Assembly (NCBI RefSeq): GCF_058153355.1
Contig: NZ_CM177019.1
Strand: one strand, 5' to 3'
DNA length: 64,000 nucleotides
The translations under genes were made by a program, and so were the position numbers. Positions 12,060 through 23,357 of the stretch are shown here, piece after piece. The first letter of the stretch is position 1, and the number at the start of each line of letters is the position of its first letter. The notes beneath the pieces are model-generated. The model was not told where the DNA came from. It ran no database searches and worked only from the letters and a program-made list of their open reading frames with translations.

Positions 12060-13454
12060 ATGACAAATCTAAAAAAGCGCGAGCGAGCGAAAACCAATGC
12101 ATCGTTAATCTCTATGGTGCAACGCTTTTCAGATATCACCATCATGTTTGCCGGACTATGGCTGGTTTGCGAAGTGAGCGGACTGTCATTCCTCTACATG
12201 CACCTGTTGGTGGCACTGATTACGCTGGTGGTGTTCCAGATGTTGGGCGGCATCACCGATTTTTATTGCTCATGGCGCGGTGTTCGGGCAGCGACAGAAT
12301 TTGCCCTGCTGCTACAAAACTGGACCTTAAGCGTGATTTTCAGCGCCGGACTGGTGGCGTTCAACAATGATTTCGACACGCAACTGAAAATCTGGCTGGC
12401 GTGGTATGCGCTGACCAGTATCGGACTGGTGGTTTGCCGTTCGTGTATTCGTATTGGGGCGGGCTGGCTGCGTAATCATGGCTATAACAAGCGTATGGTC
12501 GCGGTGGCGGGGGATTTAGCCGCCGGGCAAATGCTGATGGAGAGCTTCCGTAACCAGCCGTGGTTAGGGTTTGAAGTGGTGGGCGTTTACCACGACCCGA
12601 AACCGGGCGGCGTTTCTAACGACTGGGCGGGTAACCTGCAACAGCTGGTCGAGGATGCTAAAGCAGGCAAGATTCATAACGTCTATATCGCGATGCAAAT
12701 GTGCGACGGCGCGCGAGTGAAAAAACTGGTCCATCAACTGGCGGACACCACCTGTTCGGTGCTGCTGATCCCCGATGTCTTTACCTTCAACATTCTCCAT
12801 TCACGTCTTGAAGAGATGAACGGCGTTCCGGTGGTGCCGCTTTACGACACGCCGCTTTCCGGGGTTAACCGCCTGCTCAAACGTGCGGAAGATATTGTGC
12901 TGGCGACGCTGATCTTGCTGCTGATCTCCCCTGTGCTGTGCTGCATTGCGCTGGCGGTGAAACTGAGCTCACCGGGGCCGGTTATTTTCCGCCAGACTCG
13001 CTACGGCATGGATGGCAAACCGATCAAAGTATGGAAGTTCCGTTCCATGAAAGTGATGGAGAACGACAAAGTGGTGACCCAGGCGACGCAGAACGATCCG
13101 CGCGTTACTAAAGTGGGGAACTTTCTGCGCCGCACCTCGCTGGACGAATTGCCGCAATTTATCAATGTACTGACCGGGGGGATGTCGATTGTGGGGCCAC
13201 GTCCGCACGCGGTGGCGCATAACGAACAGTATCGCCAGCTCATTGAAGGCTACATGCTGCGCCATAAAGTGAAACCGGGCATTACCGGCTGGGCGCAGAT
13301 TAACGGCTGGCGCGGCGAAACCGACACGCTGGAGAAAATGGAAAAACGCGTCGAGTTCGACCTTGAGTACATCCGCGAATGGAGCGTCTGGTTCGATATC
13401 AAAATCGTTTTCCTGACGGTATTCAAGGGCTTCGTTAACAAAGCGGCATATTGA
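12060..13454 (+). CDS. wcaJ: undecaprenyl-phosphate glucose phosphotransferase (initiating transferase)
   Basis: 464-aa ORF; N-terminal TM segments and C-terminal bacterial sugar transferase domain (PRPHAV...KPGITGWAQINGWRGE). Confidence 0.9.
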   Translation: MTNLKKRERAKTNASLISMVQRFSDITIMFAGLWLVCEVSGLSFLYMHLLVALITLVVFQMLGGITDFYCSWRGVRAATEFALLLQNWTLSVIFSAGLVAFNNDFDTQLKIWLAWYALTSIGLVVCRSCIRIGAGWLRNHGYNKRMVAVAGDLAAGQMLMESFRNQPWLGFEVVGVYHDPKPGGVSNDWAGNLQQLVEDAKAGKIHNVYIAMQMCDGARVKKLVHQLADTTCSVLLIPDVFTFNILHSRLEEMNGVPVVPLYDTPLSGVNRLLKRAEDIVLATLILLLISPVLCCIALAVKLSSPGPVIFRQTRYGMDGKPIKVWKFRSMKVMENDKVVTQATQNDPRVTKVGNFLRRTSLDELPQFINVLTGGMSIVGPRPHAVAHNEQYRQLIEGYMLRHKVKPGITGWAQINGWRGETDTLEKMEKRVEFDLEYIREWSVWFDIKIVFLTVFKGFVNKAAY

Positions 13455-13455
13455 T

Positions 13456-14934
13456 ATGAGCTTACGTGAAAAAACCATCAGCGGCGCGAAGTGGTCGGCG
13501 ATTGCCACGGTGATCATCATCGGCCTCGGGCTAGTGCAGATGACCGTGCTGGCGCGGATTATCGACAATCACCAGTTCGGCCTGCTGACCGTGTCGCTGG
13601 TGATCATCGCGCTGGCAGATACGCTTTCTGACTTCGGTATCGCTAGCTCGATTATTCAGCGAAAAGAAATCAGTCACCTTGAACTCACCACGTTGTACTG
13701 GCTGAACGTCGGGCTGGGGATCGTGGTGTGCGTGGCGGTGTTTTTGTTGAGTGATCTCATCGGCGACGTGCTGAATAACCCGGACCTGGCACCGTTGATT
13801 AAAACATTGTCGTTGGCGTTTGTGGTGATCCCCCACGGGCAACAGTTTCGCGCGTTGATGCAGAAGGAGCTGGAGTTCAACAAAATCGGCATGATCGAAA
13901 CCAGCGCGGTGCTGGCAGGCTTCACTTTTACGGTGGTTAGCGCCCATTTCTGGCCGCTGGCGATGACCGCGATCCTCGGTTATCTGGTCAATAGTGCAGT
14001 AAGAACGCTGCTGTTTGGCTACTTTGGTCGAAAAATTTATCGCCCCGGTCTGCATTTCTCGCTGGCGTCGGTGGCACCAAACTTACGTTTTGGTGCCTGG
14101 CTGACGGCGGACAGCATCATCAACTATCTCAATACCAACCTTTCAACGCTGGTGCTGGCGCGTATTCTCGGCGCGGGCGTGGCAGGGGGATACAACCTGG
14201 CGTACAACGTGGCCGTTGTGCCGCCGATGAAACTGAACCCAATCATCACCCGCGTGTTGTTTCCGGCATTTGCCAAAATTCAGGACGACACCGAAAAGCT
14301 GCGCGTCAACTTCTACAAGCTGCTGTCGGTGGTGGGGATTATCAACTTTCCGGCGCTGCTGGGGCTGATGGTGGTGTCGAATAACTTTGTACCGCTGGTC
14401 TTTGGTGAGAAGTGGAACAGCATTATTCCGGTGCTGCAATTGCTGTGTGTGGTGGGGCTACTGCGCTCAGTGGGTAACCCGATTGGTTCGCTACTGATGG
14501 CGAAAGCGCGGGTCGATATCAGCTTTAAATTCAACGTATTCAAAACATTTCTGTTTATTCCGGCGATTGTTATTGGTGGGCAGATGGCGGGCGCAATCGG
14601 CGTCACGCTCGGTTTCCTGCTGGTGCAGATTATCAACACCATTCTGAGTTACTTCGTGATGATTAAACCGGTGCTCGGTTCCAGTTATCGCCAGTACATC
14701 CTGAGTTTGTGGCTGCCGTTTTATCTCTCGTTGCCGACGCTGGGGGTCAGTTATGCGCTGGGCATTGTGCTGAAAGGGCAACTGGCGCTGGGGATGCTGC
14801 TGGCGGTGCAAATAGCCGCGGGCGTGCTGGCGTTTGTGGTGATGATTGTGCTGTCGCGCCATCCGCTGGTGGTGGAAGTGAAGCGCCAGTTTTGTCGCAG
14901 CGAAAAAATGAAAATGCTTTTACGGGCGGGGTGA
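13456..14934 (+). CDS. wzxC: colanic acid repeat-unit flippase (Wzx family)
   Basis: 492-aa polytopic membrane ORF directly after wcaJ. Confidence 0.85.
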   Translation: MSLREKTISGAKWSAIATVIIIGLGLVQMTVLARIIDNHQFGLLTVSLVIIALADTLSDFGIASSIIQRKEISHLELTTLYWLNVGLGIVVCVAVFLLSDLIGDVLNNPDLAPLIKTLSLAFVVIPHGQQFRALMQKELEFNKIGMIETSAVLAGFTFTVVSAHFWPLAMTAILGYLVNSAVRTLLFGYFGRKIYRPGLHFSLASVAPNLRFGAWLTADSIINYLNTNLSTLVLARILGAGVAGGYNLAYNVAVVPPMKLNPIITRVLFPAFAKIQDDTEKLRVNFYKLLSVVGIINFPALLGLMVVSNNFVPLVFGEKWNSIIPVLQLLCVVGLLRSVGNPIGSLLMAKARVDISFKFNVFKTFLFIPAIVIGGQMAGAIGVTLGFLLVQIINTILSYFVMIKPVLGSSYRQYILSLWLPFYLSLPTLGVSYALGIVLKGQLALGMLLAVQIAAGVLAFVVMIVLSRHPLVVEVKRQFCRSEKMKMLLRAG

Positions 14935-14963
14935 GTTGTTGTTTTCGGTTCCGACAACGGTTG

Positions 14964-15250
14964 CCGGGTGCAGCGTAAAACGCCTTATCCGTCCTACGGT
15001 TCTGTGCTCGGGACCTGTAGGCCTGATAAGACGCGTCAGCGTCGCATCAGGCACTGAATGCCGGATGCGGCGTGAACGCCTTATCCGTCCTACGGTTCTG
15101 TGCTCGGGACCTGTAGGCCTGATAAGACGCGTCAGCGTCGCATCAGGCACTGAATGCCGGATGCGGCGTGAACGCCTTATCCGGCCTACGGTTCTGTGCT
15201 CGGGTCTTGTAGGCCTGATAAGACGCGCCAGCGTCGCATCAGGCAAAAAG
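14964..15250. repeat. tandem array of about three 96-bp REP/BIME units
   Basis: Unit gccggatgcggcgtgaacgccttatccg(t/g)cctacggttctgtgctcggg(a/t)c(c/t)tgtaggcctgataagacgcg(t/c)cagcgtcgcatcaggc repeats with 96-bp period (starts 15060 and 15156, partial copy before). Confidence 0.8.
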
Positions 15251-15305
15251 CGGCAACGAAAAAAACAAACGCAGCCTCACCTGGCATCAAATTTATGAGG
15301 AAAAA

Positions 15306-16586
15306 ATGAAATTACTTATTCTGGGCAACCACACTTGCGGCAATCGTGGCGACAGCGCCATCCTGCGCGGCTTACTTGATGCCATCAACATTCTCAATCC
15401 ACACGCCGAAGTGGATGTGATGAGCCGCTATCCGGTCAGTTCTTCCTGGCTGCTCAACCGCCCGGTAATGGGCGATCCGCTGTTCCTGCAAATGAAACAA
15501 CACAACAGCGCAGCGGGCGTTGTCGGGCGCGTTAAAAAAGTCCTCCGTCGCCGCTACCAGCATCAGGTACTGCTCTCGCGCGTCACCGACACTGGCAAGT
15601 TGCGTAATATCGCCATCGCCCAGGGATTCACTGACTTCGTGCGCCTGCTGTCAGGTTACGACGCCATTATTCAGGTCGGCGGATCGTTTTTTGTCGATCT
15701 CTACGGCGTGCCACAGTTTGAACATGCACTTTGCACGTTTATGGCGAAAAAGCCGCTGTTTATGATTGGTCACAGCGTTGGCCCGTTCCAGGATGAGCAA
15801 TTTAACCAACTGGCGAACTATGTCTTTGGTCGCTGTGACGCGCTGATCCTGCGCGAATCGGTCAGCCTTGATCTGATGAAACGCAGCAATATCACCACTG
15901 CAAAAGTTGAACATGGCGTCGATACCGCGTGGCTGGTCGATCACCACACAGAAGACTTCACCGCCAGCTATGCCGTTCAACACTGGCTGGACGTTGCCGC
16001 ACAACAGAAAACGGTAGCCATTACCCTGCGCGAACTGGCACCGTTCGACAAACGTCTCGGCACCACTCAGCAAGCGTATGAAAAAGCCTTTGCCGGGGTG
16101 GTCAATCGCATTCTCGACGAAGGGTATCAGGTGATTGCGCTCTCCACCTGTACGGGCATCGACAGCTATAACAAAGACGACCGCATGGTGGCGCTCAATC
16201 TGCGCCAGCACATCAGCGATCCTGCCCGTTATCACGTGGTGATGGATGAACTCAACGATCTGGAAATGGGCAAAATTCTCGGTGCCTGTGAACTCACCGT
16301 CGGTACGCGCCTGCACTCCGCCATTATCTCAATGAACTTTGCCACCCCGGCGATTGCCATCAACTATGAACATAAATCCGCCGGGATCATGCAGCAGCTG
16401 GGGCTGCCAGAGATGGCAATTGATATCCGTCATTTATTAGACGGCAGCCTGCAAGCGATGGTTGCGGATACCTTAGGCCAACTTCCGGCGCTGAACGCAC
16501 GACTTAATGAAGCTGTCAGTCGTGAGCGTCATACAGGAATGCAGATGGTGCAATCTGTGCTTGAACGCATCGGGGAGGTGAAATGA
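15306..16586 (+). CDS. wcaK: colanic acid biosynthesis pyruvyl transferase
   Basis: 426-aa ORF in the expected position and length. Confidence 0.85.
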   Translation: MKLLILGNHTCGNRGDSAILRGLLDAINILNPHAEVDVMSRYPVSSSWLLNRPVMGDPLFLQMKQHNSAAGVVGRVKKVLRRRYQHQVLLSRVTDTGKLRNIAIAQGFTDFVRLLSGYDAIIQVGGSFFVDLYGVPQFEHALCTFMAKKPLFMIGHSVGPFQDEQFNQLANYVFGRCDALILRESVSLDLMKRSNITTAKVEHGVDTAWLVDHHTEDFTASYAVQHWLDVAAQQKTVAITLRELAPFDKRLGTTQQAYEKAFAGVVNRILDEGYQVIALSTCTGIDSYNKDDRMVALNLRQHISDPARYHVVMDELNDLEMGKILGACELTVGTRLHSAIISMNFATPAIAINYEHKSAGIMQQLGLPEMAIDIRHLLDGSLQAMVADTLGQLPALNARLNEAVSRERHTGMQMVQSVLERIGEVK

Positions 16587-17803
16587 AGGTCGGCTTCTTT
16601 TTACTGAAATTTCCGCTGTCGTCGGAAACCTTCGTCCTCAACCAAATTACCGCGTTTATTGATATGGGCTTTGAGGTGGAGATTGTCGCGCTGCAAAAAG
16701 GTGACACCCAGAACACCCACGCGGCATGGACGAAATACAACCTTGCCGCCAGAACCCGCTGGTTACAGGACGAACCTACGGGCAAAGTGGCGAAGCTGCG
16801 CCACCGCGCCAGCCAGACCTTACGCGGCATTCATCGTAAAAATACCTGGCATGCGCTCAACCTCAAACGCTATGGTGCCGAGTCGCGGAACCTGATTTTG
16901 TCTGCCATTTGTGGTCAGGTCGCAACACCGTTTCGCGCCGATGTGTTCATCGCTCATTTTGGCCCTGCGGGGGTAACCGCAGCAAAACTACGCGAACTGG
17001 GTGTCATTCGCGGCAAAATTGCCACCATCTTCCACGGTATTGATATCTCCAGTCGGGAAGTGCTCAACCACTACACTCCCGAATATCAACAACTGTTTCG
17101 CCGTGGCGACCTGATGTTACCGATAAGCGATCTGTGGGCCGGAAGGCTGCAAAAAATGGGCTGCCCCAGAGAAAAAATCGCCGTATCGCGCATGGGCGTG
17201 GACATGACGCGCTTTAGCCTGCGTCCGGTGAAAGCACCCGCAACGCCGCTGGAAATCATTTCCGTCGCACGCTTAACCGAGAAAAAAGGTCTGCATGTGG
17301 CGATTGAAGCCTGCCGTCAGTTGAAAGAGCAGGGCGTGGCATTTCGCTATCGCATCCTCGGCATTGGCCCGTGGGAAAGACGCCTGCGCACCCTCATCGA
17401 ACAATATCAACTGGAAGATGTGATAGAGATGCCAGGCTTTAAACCGAGCCATGAAGTGAAGGCGATGCTCGACGACGCGGATGTCTTCCTGTTGCCATCG
17501 GTAACGGGTGCGGACGGCGATATGGAAGGCATTCCGGTGGCGCTGATGGAGGCGATGGCGGTCGGCATTCCGGTAGTTTCTACTCTGCATAGCGGAATTC
17601 CGGAACTGGTAGAGGCCGATAAATCCGGCTGGCTGGTGCCTGAGAACGATGCTCGCGCACTGGCGCAACGACTGGCGACGTTTAGCCAACTGAACACCGA
17701 CGAACTGGCTCCGGTCGTCAAACGTGCTCGCGAAAAAGTCGAACATGATTTTAACCAGCAGGTGATTAATCGAGAACTCGCCAGCTTGCTGCAAGCTTTA
17801 TAG
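16583..17803 (+). CDS. wcaL: colanic acid biosynthesis glycosyltransferase (GT4)
   Basis: 406-aa ORF; 4-nt overlap with wcaK; GT4 C-terminal motifs. Confidence 0.85.
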   Translation: MKVGFFLLKFPLSSETFVLNQITAFIDMGFEVEIVALQKGDTQNTHAAWTKYNLAARTRWLQDEPTGKVAKLRHRASQTLRGIHRKNTWHALNLKRYGAESRNLILSAICGQVATPFRADVFIAHFGPAGVTAAKLRELGVIRGKIATIFHGIDISSREVLNHYTPEYQQLFRRGDLMLPISDLWAGRLQKMGCPREKIAVSRMGVDMTRFSLRPVKAPATPLEIISVARLTEKKGLHVAIEACRQLKEQGVAFRYRILGIGPWERRLRTLIEQYQLEDVIEMPGFKPSHEVKAMLDDADVFLLPSVTGADGDMEGIPVALMEAMAVGIPVVSTLHSGIPELVEADKSGWLVPENDARALAQRLATFSQLNTDELAPVVKRAREKVEHDFNQQVINRELASLLQAL

Positions 17804-17813
17804 AGGAGAAAGC

Positions 17814-19208
17814 ATGCCATTTAAAAAACTCTCCCGACGTACCTTCCTGACGGCAAGCTCCGCGCTTGCCTTCCTCCATACCCCTTTCGCCCGTGCACTT
17901 CCCGTCCGACAAAGCGTTAATATCAGTGACTACAATCCGCACGACTGGATCGCCTCATTTAAGCAGGCCTTCAGCGAAGGGCAAACGGTCGTCGTGCCTG
18001 CCGGATTTGTTTGTGACAACATTAATACCGGTATCTTCATCCCTGCCGGTAAAGCAATACGCATCCTCGGTAGCCTGCGCGGCAACGGCAAAGGGCGATT
18101 TGTCTTACAGGACGGCAGCCAGGTGACAGGGGAGAAGGGCGGCAGTATGCATAACATCACCCTGGATGTGCGTGGTTCTGACTGCACCATCAAAGGGCTG
18201 ACTATGAGCGGCTTTGGGCCGGTAACGCAGATTTACATCGGGGGAAAAAACAAACGGGTCATGCGTAACCTGACCATCGATAACCTCACTGTCAGCCACG
18301 CTAATTACGCCATTTTACGCCAGGGATTTCATAACCAGATTATCGGTGCCAACATCACCAATTGTAAGTTCAGTGACTTACAGGGCGACGCCATTGAATG
18401 GAATGTGGCGATTAACGACAGTGATATTTTGATATCTGACCATGTCATCGAGCGCATCAACTGTACCAACGGCAAAATCAACTGGGGCATCGGCATAGGT
18501 CTTGCGGGAAGCACTTATGATAATAATTACCCGGAAGACCAGGCAGTGAAAAACTTTGTCGTGGCGAATATCACGGGATCGGATTGTCGGCAGTTGATCC
18601 ATGTTGAAAATGGTAAACATTTTGTTATTCGTAATATCAAAGCCCGCAATATCACGCCGGATTTCAGTAAGAAAGCAGGTATTGATAACGCCACAGTCGC
18701 TATTTACGGTTGTGACAATTTCGTGATTGATAATATTGAAATGATTAATAGCGCCGGAATGTTAATCGGCTATGGGGTAATTAAAGGCAAATATCTCTCG
18801 ATACCGCAAAATTTCCGAGTGAATAATATTCAACTGGATAACACCCATCTTGCTTATAAATTGCGCGGCATCCAAATCTCCGCCGGGAATGCTCTCTCCT
18901 TTGTGGCACTGACTAACATTGAGATGAAGCGTGCGTCGCTGGAGTTACACAACAAACCGCAACATCTTTTTATGCGAAATATCAAGGTGATGCAGGAATC
19001 CTCAGTTGGACCCGCATTGAGCATGAACTTCGACATGCGCAAAGACGTTCGCGGCGTCTTTATGGCGAAAGAAGAAACACTGCTGTCTCTTGCAAATGTT
19101 CATGCGGTGAATGAAAGAGGGCAAAGCTCCGTCGATATCGACAGGATTAATCACCATATTGTTAATGTGGAAAAGATTAACTTTAGATTGCCGGAACGGT
19201 GGGAGTAG
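17814..19208 (+). CDS. wcaM: colanic acid biosynthesis protein WcaM (signal peptide, beta-helix-like)
   Basis: 464-aa ORF with an N-terminal signal-like segment ([19 protein letters not shown]); last gene of the cluster. Confidence 0.8.
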   Translation: MPFKKLSRRTFLTASSALAFLHTPFARALPVRQSVNISDYNPHDWIASFKQAFSEGQTVVVPAGFVCDNINTGIFIPAGKAIRILGSLRGNGKGRFVLQDGSQVTGEKGGSMHNITLDVRGSDCTIKGLTMSGFGPVTQIYIGGKNKRVMRNLTIDNLTVSHANYAILRQGFHNQIIGANITNCKFSDLQGDAIEWNVAINDSDILISDHVIERINCTNGKINWGIGIGLAGSTYDNNYPEDQAVKNFVVANITGSDCRQLIHVENGKHFVIRNIKARNITPDFSKKAGIDNATVAIYGCDNFVIDNIEMINSAGMLIGYGVIKGKYLSIPQNFRVNNIQLDNTHLAYKLRGIQISAGNALSFVALTNIEMKRASLELHNKPQHLFMRNIKVMQESSVGPALSMNFDMRKDVRGVFMAKEETLLSLANVHAVNERGQSSVDIDRINHHIVNVEKINFRLPERWE

Positions 19209-19365
19209 ATTTGCGACCATTCATAAACTTACTGGATATAATGTTCTAAAAGATTATAATCCTCACACTAACTGTTAAAGCTGGGGCTGGGCAGCATTGA
19301 CTACTCAGGGAAGGTACTCATCTTTATCTTGTGTTTCTTACGTAACAACCAGACTAAAGTGATTT

Positions 19366-20361
19366 ATGAACGATAACGTTTTGCTCATAGGAGCTTCCGG
19401 ATTCGTAGGAACCCGACTACTTGAAACGGCAATTGCTGACTTTAATATCAAGAACCTGGACAAACAGCAGAGCCACTTTTATCCAGAAATCACACAGATT
19501 GGCGATGTTCGTGATCAACAGGCACTCGACCAGGCGTTAGCCGGTTTTGACACTGTTGTGCTACTGGCAGCGGAACACCGCGATGACGTCAGCCCTACTT
19601 CTCTCTATTATGATGTCAATGTTCAGGGTACCCGCAATGTGCTGGCGGCCATGGAAAAAAATGGCGTTAAAAATATCATCTTTACCAGTTCCGTTGCTGT
19701 TTATGGTTTGAACAAACACAACCCTGACGAAAACCATCCACACGACCCTTTCAACCACTACGGCAAAAGTAAGTGGCAGGCAGAGGAAGTGCTGCGTGAA
19801 TGGTATAACAAAGCACCAACAGAACGTTCATTAACCATCATCCGTCCTACCGTTATCTTCGGTGAACGCAACCGCGGTAACGTCTATAACTTGCTGAAAC
19901 AGATCGCTGGCGGCAAGTTTATGATGGTGGGCGCAGGGACTAACTATAAGTCCATGGCTTATGTTGGAAACATTGTTGAGTTTATCAAGTACAAACTGAA
20001 GAATGTTGCCGCAGGTTATGAGGTTTATAACTACGTTGATAAGCCAGACCTGAACATGAACCAGTTGGTTGCTGAAGTTGAACAAAGCCTGAACAAAAAG
20101 ATCCCTTCTATGCACTTGCCTTACCCACTAGGAATGCTGGGTGGATATTGCTTTGATATCCTGAGCAAAATTACGGGCAAAAAATACGCTGTCAGCTCAG
20201 TGCGCGTGAAAAAATTCTGCGCAACAACACAGTTTGACGCAACGAAAGTGCATTCTTCAGGTTTTGTGGCACCGTATACGCTGTCGCAAGGTCTGGATCG
20301 AACTCTGCAGTATGAATTCGTCCATGCCAAAAAAGACGACATAACGTTTGTTTCTGAGTAA
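19366..20361 (+). CDS. gne: NAD-dependent sugar epimerase, probable UDP-N-acetylglucosamine 4-epimerase
   Basis: 331-aa ORF; Rossmann motif LLIGASGFVGTRLL; short-chain epimerase YxxxK (YGKSK); sits between wcaM and galF as gne does in some E. coli serogroups. Confidence 0.7.
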   Translation: MNDNVLLIGASGFVGTRLLETAIADFNIKNLDKQQSHFYPEITQIGDVRDQQALDQALAGFDTVVLLAAEHRDDVSPTSLYYDVNVQGTRNVLAAMEKNGVKNIIFTSSVAVYGLNKHNPDENHPHDPFNHYGKSKWQAEEVLREWYNKAPTERSLTIIRPTVIFGERNRGNVYNLLKQIAGGKFMMVGAGTNYKSMAYVGNIVEFIKYKLKNVAAGYEVYNYVDKPDLNMNQLVAEVEQSLNKKIPSMHLPYPLGMLGGYCFDILSKITGKKYAVSSVRVKKFCATTQFDATKVHSSGFVAPYTLSQGLDRTLQYEFVHAKKDDITFVSE

Positions 20362-20603
20362 TGCAGGCGAGTCAGAGAAAAAAGGACCAGGTTGGACTAC
20401 GATTATTCGGAAAGAGGTACTGATTAAATTATCAGTATGTGGATTTCCGAGTAATCCGAGTAACCCAGATGCTGATGGTGTGTAGTGTTATCGTAAGGTT
20501 TAATCAAAGTTATGCGGAACTAAGCTTTGCTATATAGCCATAACGCTTGGCTAACCTATGGCAATAATTTACGCACTATCAGCCACTTAGAGGTAGGAAA
20601 ATA

Positions 20604-21497
20604 ATGACGAATTTAAAAGCAGTTATACCGGTAGCAGGTCTTGGGATGCATATGTTGCCTGCCACTAAGGCGATTCCCAAAGAGATGCTACCGATCGTCG
20701 ACAAGCCAATGATTCAGTACATTGTTGACGAGATTGTGGCTGCAGGGATCAAAGAAATCCTCCTGGTAACTCACGCGTCCAAGAACGCGGTCGAAAACCA
20801 CTTCGACACCTCTTATGAATTAGAATCTCTCCTTGAGCAGCGCGTGAAGCGTCAACTGTTGGCGGAAGTACAATCTATCTGTCCGCCGGGCGTGACCATT
20901 ATGAACGTGCGTCAGGGTGAACCTTTAGGTTTAGGCCACTCCATCTTATGTGCGCGACCTGCCATTGGTGACAACCCATTTATCGTGGTACTGCCAGACG
21001 TAGTGATCGACGACGCCAGCGCCGACCCGCTGCGCTACAACCTTGCTGCCATGATTGCGCGCTTCAACGAAACGGGCCGTAGCCAGGTGCTGGCAAAACG
21101 TATGCCGGGTGACCTCTCTGAATACTCCGTCATCCAGACCAAAGAACCGCTGGACCGTGAAGGTAAAGTCAGCCGCATTGTTGAATTTATCGAAAAACCG
21201 GATCAGCCGCAGACGCTGGACTCAGACATCATGGCCGTAGGTCGCTATGTGCTTTCTGCCGATATTTGGCCGGAACTAGAACGCACTCAGCCTGGTGCAT
21301 GGGGGCGTATTCAGCTGACTGATGCTATTGCCGAACTGGCGAAAAAACAGTCCGTTGATGCCATGCTGATGACTGGAGACAGCTACGACTGCGGTAAAAA
21401 AATGGGCTATATGCAGGCGTTTGTGAAGTACGGACTGCGTAACCTGAAAGAAGGGGCGAAGTTCCGCAAAGGTATTGAGAGGTTGTTGAATGATTAA
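20604..21497 (+). CDS. galF: UTP-glucose-1-phosphate uridylyltransferase regulatory paralog
   Basis: 297-aa ORF; nucleotidyltransferase N-terminus [31 protein letters not shown]; conserved position 5' of the O-antigen cluster. Confidence 0.9.
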   Translation: MTNLKAVIPVAGLGMHMLPATKAIPKEMLPIVDKPMIQYIVDEIVAAGIKEILLVTHASKNAVENHFDTSYELESLLEQRVKRQLLAEVQSICPPGVTIMNVRQGEPLGLGHSILCARPAIGDNPFIVVLPDVVIDDASADPLRYNLAAMIARFNETGRSQVLAKRMPGDLSEYSVIQTKEPLDREGKVSRIVEFIEKPDQPQTLDSDIMAVGRYVLSADIWPELERTQPGAWGRIQLTDAIAELAKKQSVDAMLMTGDSYDCGKKMGYMQAFVKYGLRNLKEGAKFRKGIERLLND

Positions 21498-21746
21498 AAA
21501 CATGAACAAATATAACGGTAAATAAGAGAAATTGTAACGGCAGTGAGGATTTGCGGCGAAGCTCAAACGTGGCGAATATCCCTGTCGTTATTTATTAATA
21601 AATCATCGTACTAACAATGGAATAAAAAAGTGCCTTGTTTTAAGTTTTACAGGATATTCCTTGTTTCTGGAGGAGATTGATAAGACAATCAGCATCTGAA
21701 TTTATCAGAACTTGTGTGTCTTGCTGATTACATTGTTATATTCATG

Positions 21747-21785
21747 TAGTGTACTGGTAGCTGTGGAGCCAGGGGCGGTAGCGTG
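21747..21785 (+). promoter_or_regulatory. JUMPstart element containing ops (GGCGGTAG), RfaH-dependent antitermination site
   Basis: tagtgtactggtagctgtggagccaggggcggtagcgtg matches the 39-bp JUMPstart consensus; ops GGCGGTAG at 21774-21781; about 60 bp upstream of the first O-antigen gene. Confidence 0.8.
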
Positions 21786-21842
21786 CATTAATATTCACAA
21801 TATATTCTTTTAAATGTAAGCAGAATTAATCGAACCTAAATA

Positions 21843-23357
21843 ATGTCACGTAACAAAATAATCATAAAGAATACTATGTTTTTGGCAACAAGAACCTTAG
21901 TTTCTTTAAGTGTTTCATTTTACACAACAAGAATAGTTATACAACAGTTGGGGGCGGCAGACTATGGCTTATTTAATATCATTTATGGAGTTGTAACATT
22001 TTTTACATTCGTAGTCACCGCGATGAATGATTCTGTACAGCGTTATATTGCAATAGGTGTTGGTTCACAAAAAATATCGGTTATTAGAGATGCTGTAAAA
22101 AATAGTATGTTTATATTTGTTATATCTGCTTTCATATTGGCAGTATGTCTTCTTTTGGCAAGGGGGGTGATCATACATAATATTTTAAATATACCTAAAG
22201 ATTCTATTGAAAATGCAAGTGTGTTATATTTGGTTGCAGTATTTTCAATAACCATACTTATAATTCAGACGCCACTTAATGCGATGGTGTTAGCATACGA
22301 GAAAATGTCATTTTACGCATACATGATGATATTTGAAATGGTAGCTAAAATGAGTATGGCTTTGTTACTAACTTTACTGGAAAAAGATAAGGTCATTGTA
22401 TATTCAATACTTTTAGGTTCTATTTCTTTTTTTAACTTGTTGGTTTATTTATGCTACTGCTTGATATGTTTTAAAAAATCAATGTTTGGTGGGAGAATAA
22501 AATTTAGAGTGCTGAAAGAAATTTCAACTTTTTCATTTTGGAATATATTTGGTAATTTCTCTTACATGTGCAGAGTTCAGGGAGTGAACATTGTAATTAA
22601 TATGTTTTACGCTATAGCCGTGAATGCAGCATATGCGATTTCGATTACTGTTTTAAATGCAATTAATACACTTACGCAATCATTAATTACAGCATTAAGG
22701 CCTCAAATATTTAAATCATATGGCGAATGTGATTTAAAAAGATATAATCATCTAGTTCTCTTTGGTTCAAAATATACATTTTCAATATTGTTTCTGTTAA
22801 GTAGCCCTGTAATTCTATGTGCGGATGAGTTGTTAAAGATATGGCTTGATATTGTACCAGATTATACAGTTGAATTTGTGAGGTTGGTCATTGTTGTGGC
22901 TTTTATTGATAGTTTTTCATATAGCATGATTGCTGGTATTCAGGCTACGGGTAGGATTAAAACATATCAACTAGTTGTTAGTTTAATTGTCCTAATTAAT
23001 TTGCCGTTAACCTTTATTTTGTTTAAGGCAGGAAATAATGTTTTAAGTATGTTTTATCCATTTATTGTTACTGCCATTATCAATCAAGGTTTAAGGTTGT
23101 ATTTTATCTATATCAATGCAGGTTTTGATTATAAGAAGTATTTCACTGTTGTGATCTATCCTTGCTTGTTAGCTGTATGCTTATCGTTAGTGACAGATAT
23201 TTCAATTAAAAAAATGCTTCCATTTAACAGTGTTATTGATGTTTTAATTGTGTGTATTTTTATTTTTTCATTCAATACAATAATTTTTTATTGGGTTGTA
23301 GTTTCTAAAAAGGAAAAAAAATGGTTATTAGAAACCCTGAAAAGAAAAGTGAAATAA
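21843..23357 (+). CDS. wzx: O-antigen flippase (Wzx family)
   Basis: 504-aa strongly hydrophobic polytopic ORF; AT-rich; first gene after JUMPstart; start could be a downstream ATG. Confidence 0.7.
   Translation: MSRNKIIIKNTMFLATRTLVSLSVSFYTTRIVIQQLGAADYGLFNIIYGVVTFFTFVVTAMNDSVQRYIAIGVGSQKISVIRDAVKNSMFIFVISAFILAVCLLLARGVIIHNILNIPKDSIENASVLYLVAVFSITILIIQTPLNAMVLAYEKMSFYAYMMIFEMVAKMSMALLLTLLEKDKVIVYSILLGSISFFNLLVYLCYCLICFKKSMFGGRIKFRVLKEISTFSFWNIFGNFSYMCRVQGVNIVINMFYAIAVNAAYAISITVLNAINTLTQSLITALRPQIFKSYGECDLKRYNHLVLFGSKYTFSILFLLSSPVILCADELLKIWLDIVPDYTVEFVRLVIVVAFIDSFSYSMIAGIQATGRIKTYQLVVSLIVLINLPLTFILFKAGNNVLSMFYPFIVTAIINQGLRLYFIYINAGFDYKKYFTVVIYPCLLAVCLSLVTDISIKKMLPFNSVIDVLIVCIFIFSFNTIIFYWVVVSKKEKKWLLETLKRKVK

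Noticed and set aside
11809-12145. Two - strand ORFs with Pro/Arg/Gly-rich low-complexity translations
   Set aside because: They span the GC-rich palindromic spacer between cpsG and wcaJ
12969-13568. 199-aa ORF on the - strand inside wcaJ
   Set aside because: Antisense shadow ORF
14964-15250. Possible CRISPR array because of regular direct repeats
   Set aside because: Repeat unit is 96 bp with no unique spacers between copies, and units are REP palindromes; no cas genes nearby
14920-15298. Overlapping ORFs on both strands encoding thrice-repeated 32-residue peptides
   Set aside because: They are translations of the 96-bp tandem REP array, not protein-coding sequence
15651-16316. 221-aa ORF on the - strand inside wcaK
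   Set aside because: Antisense shadow ORF
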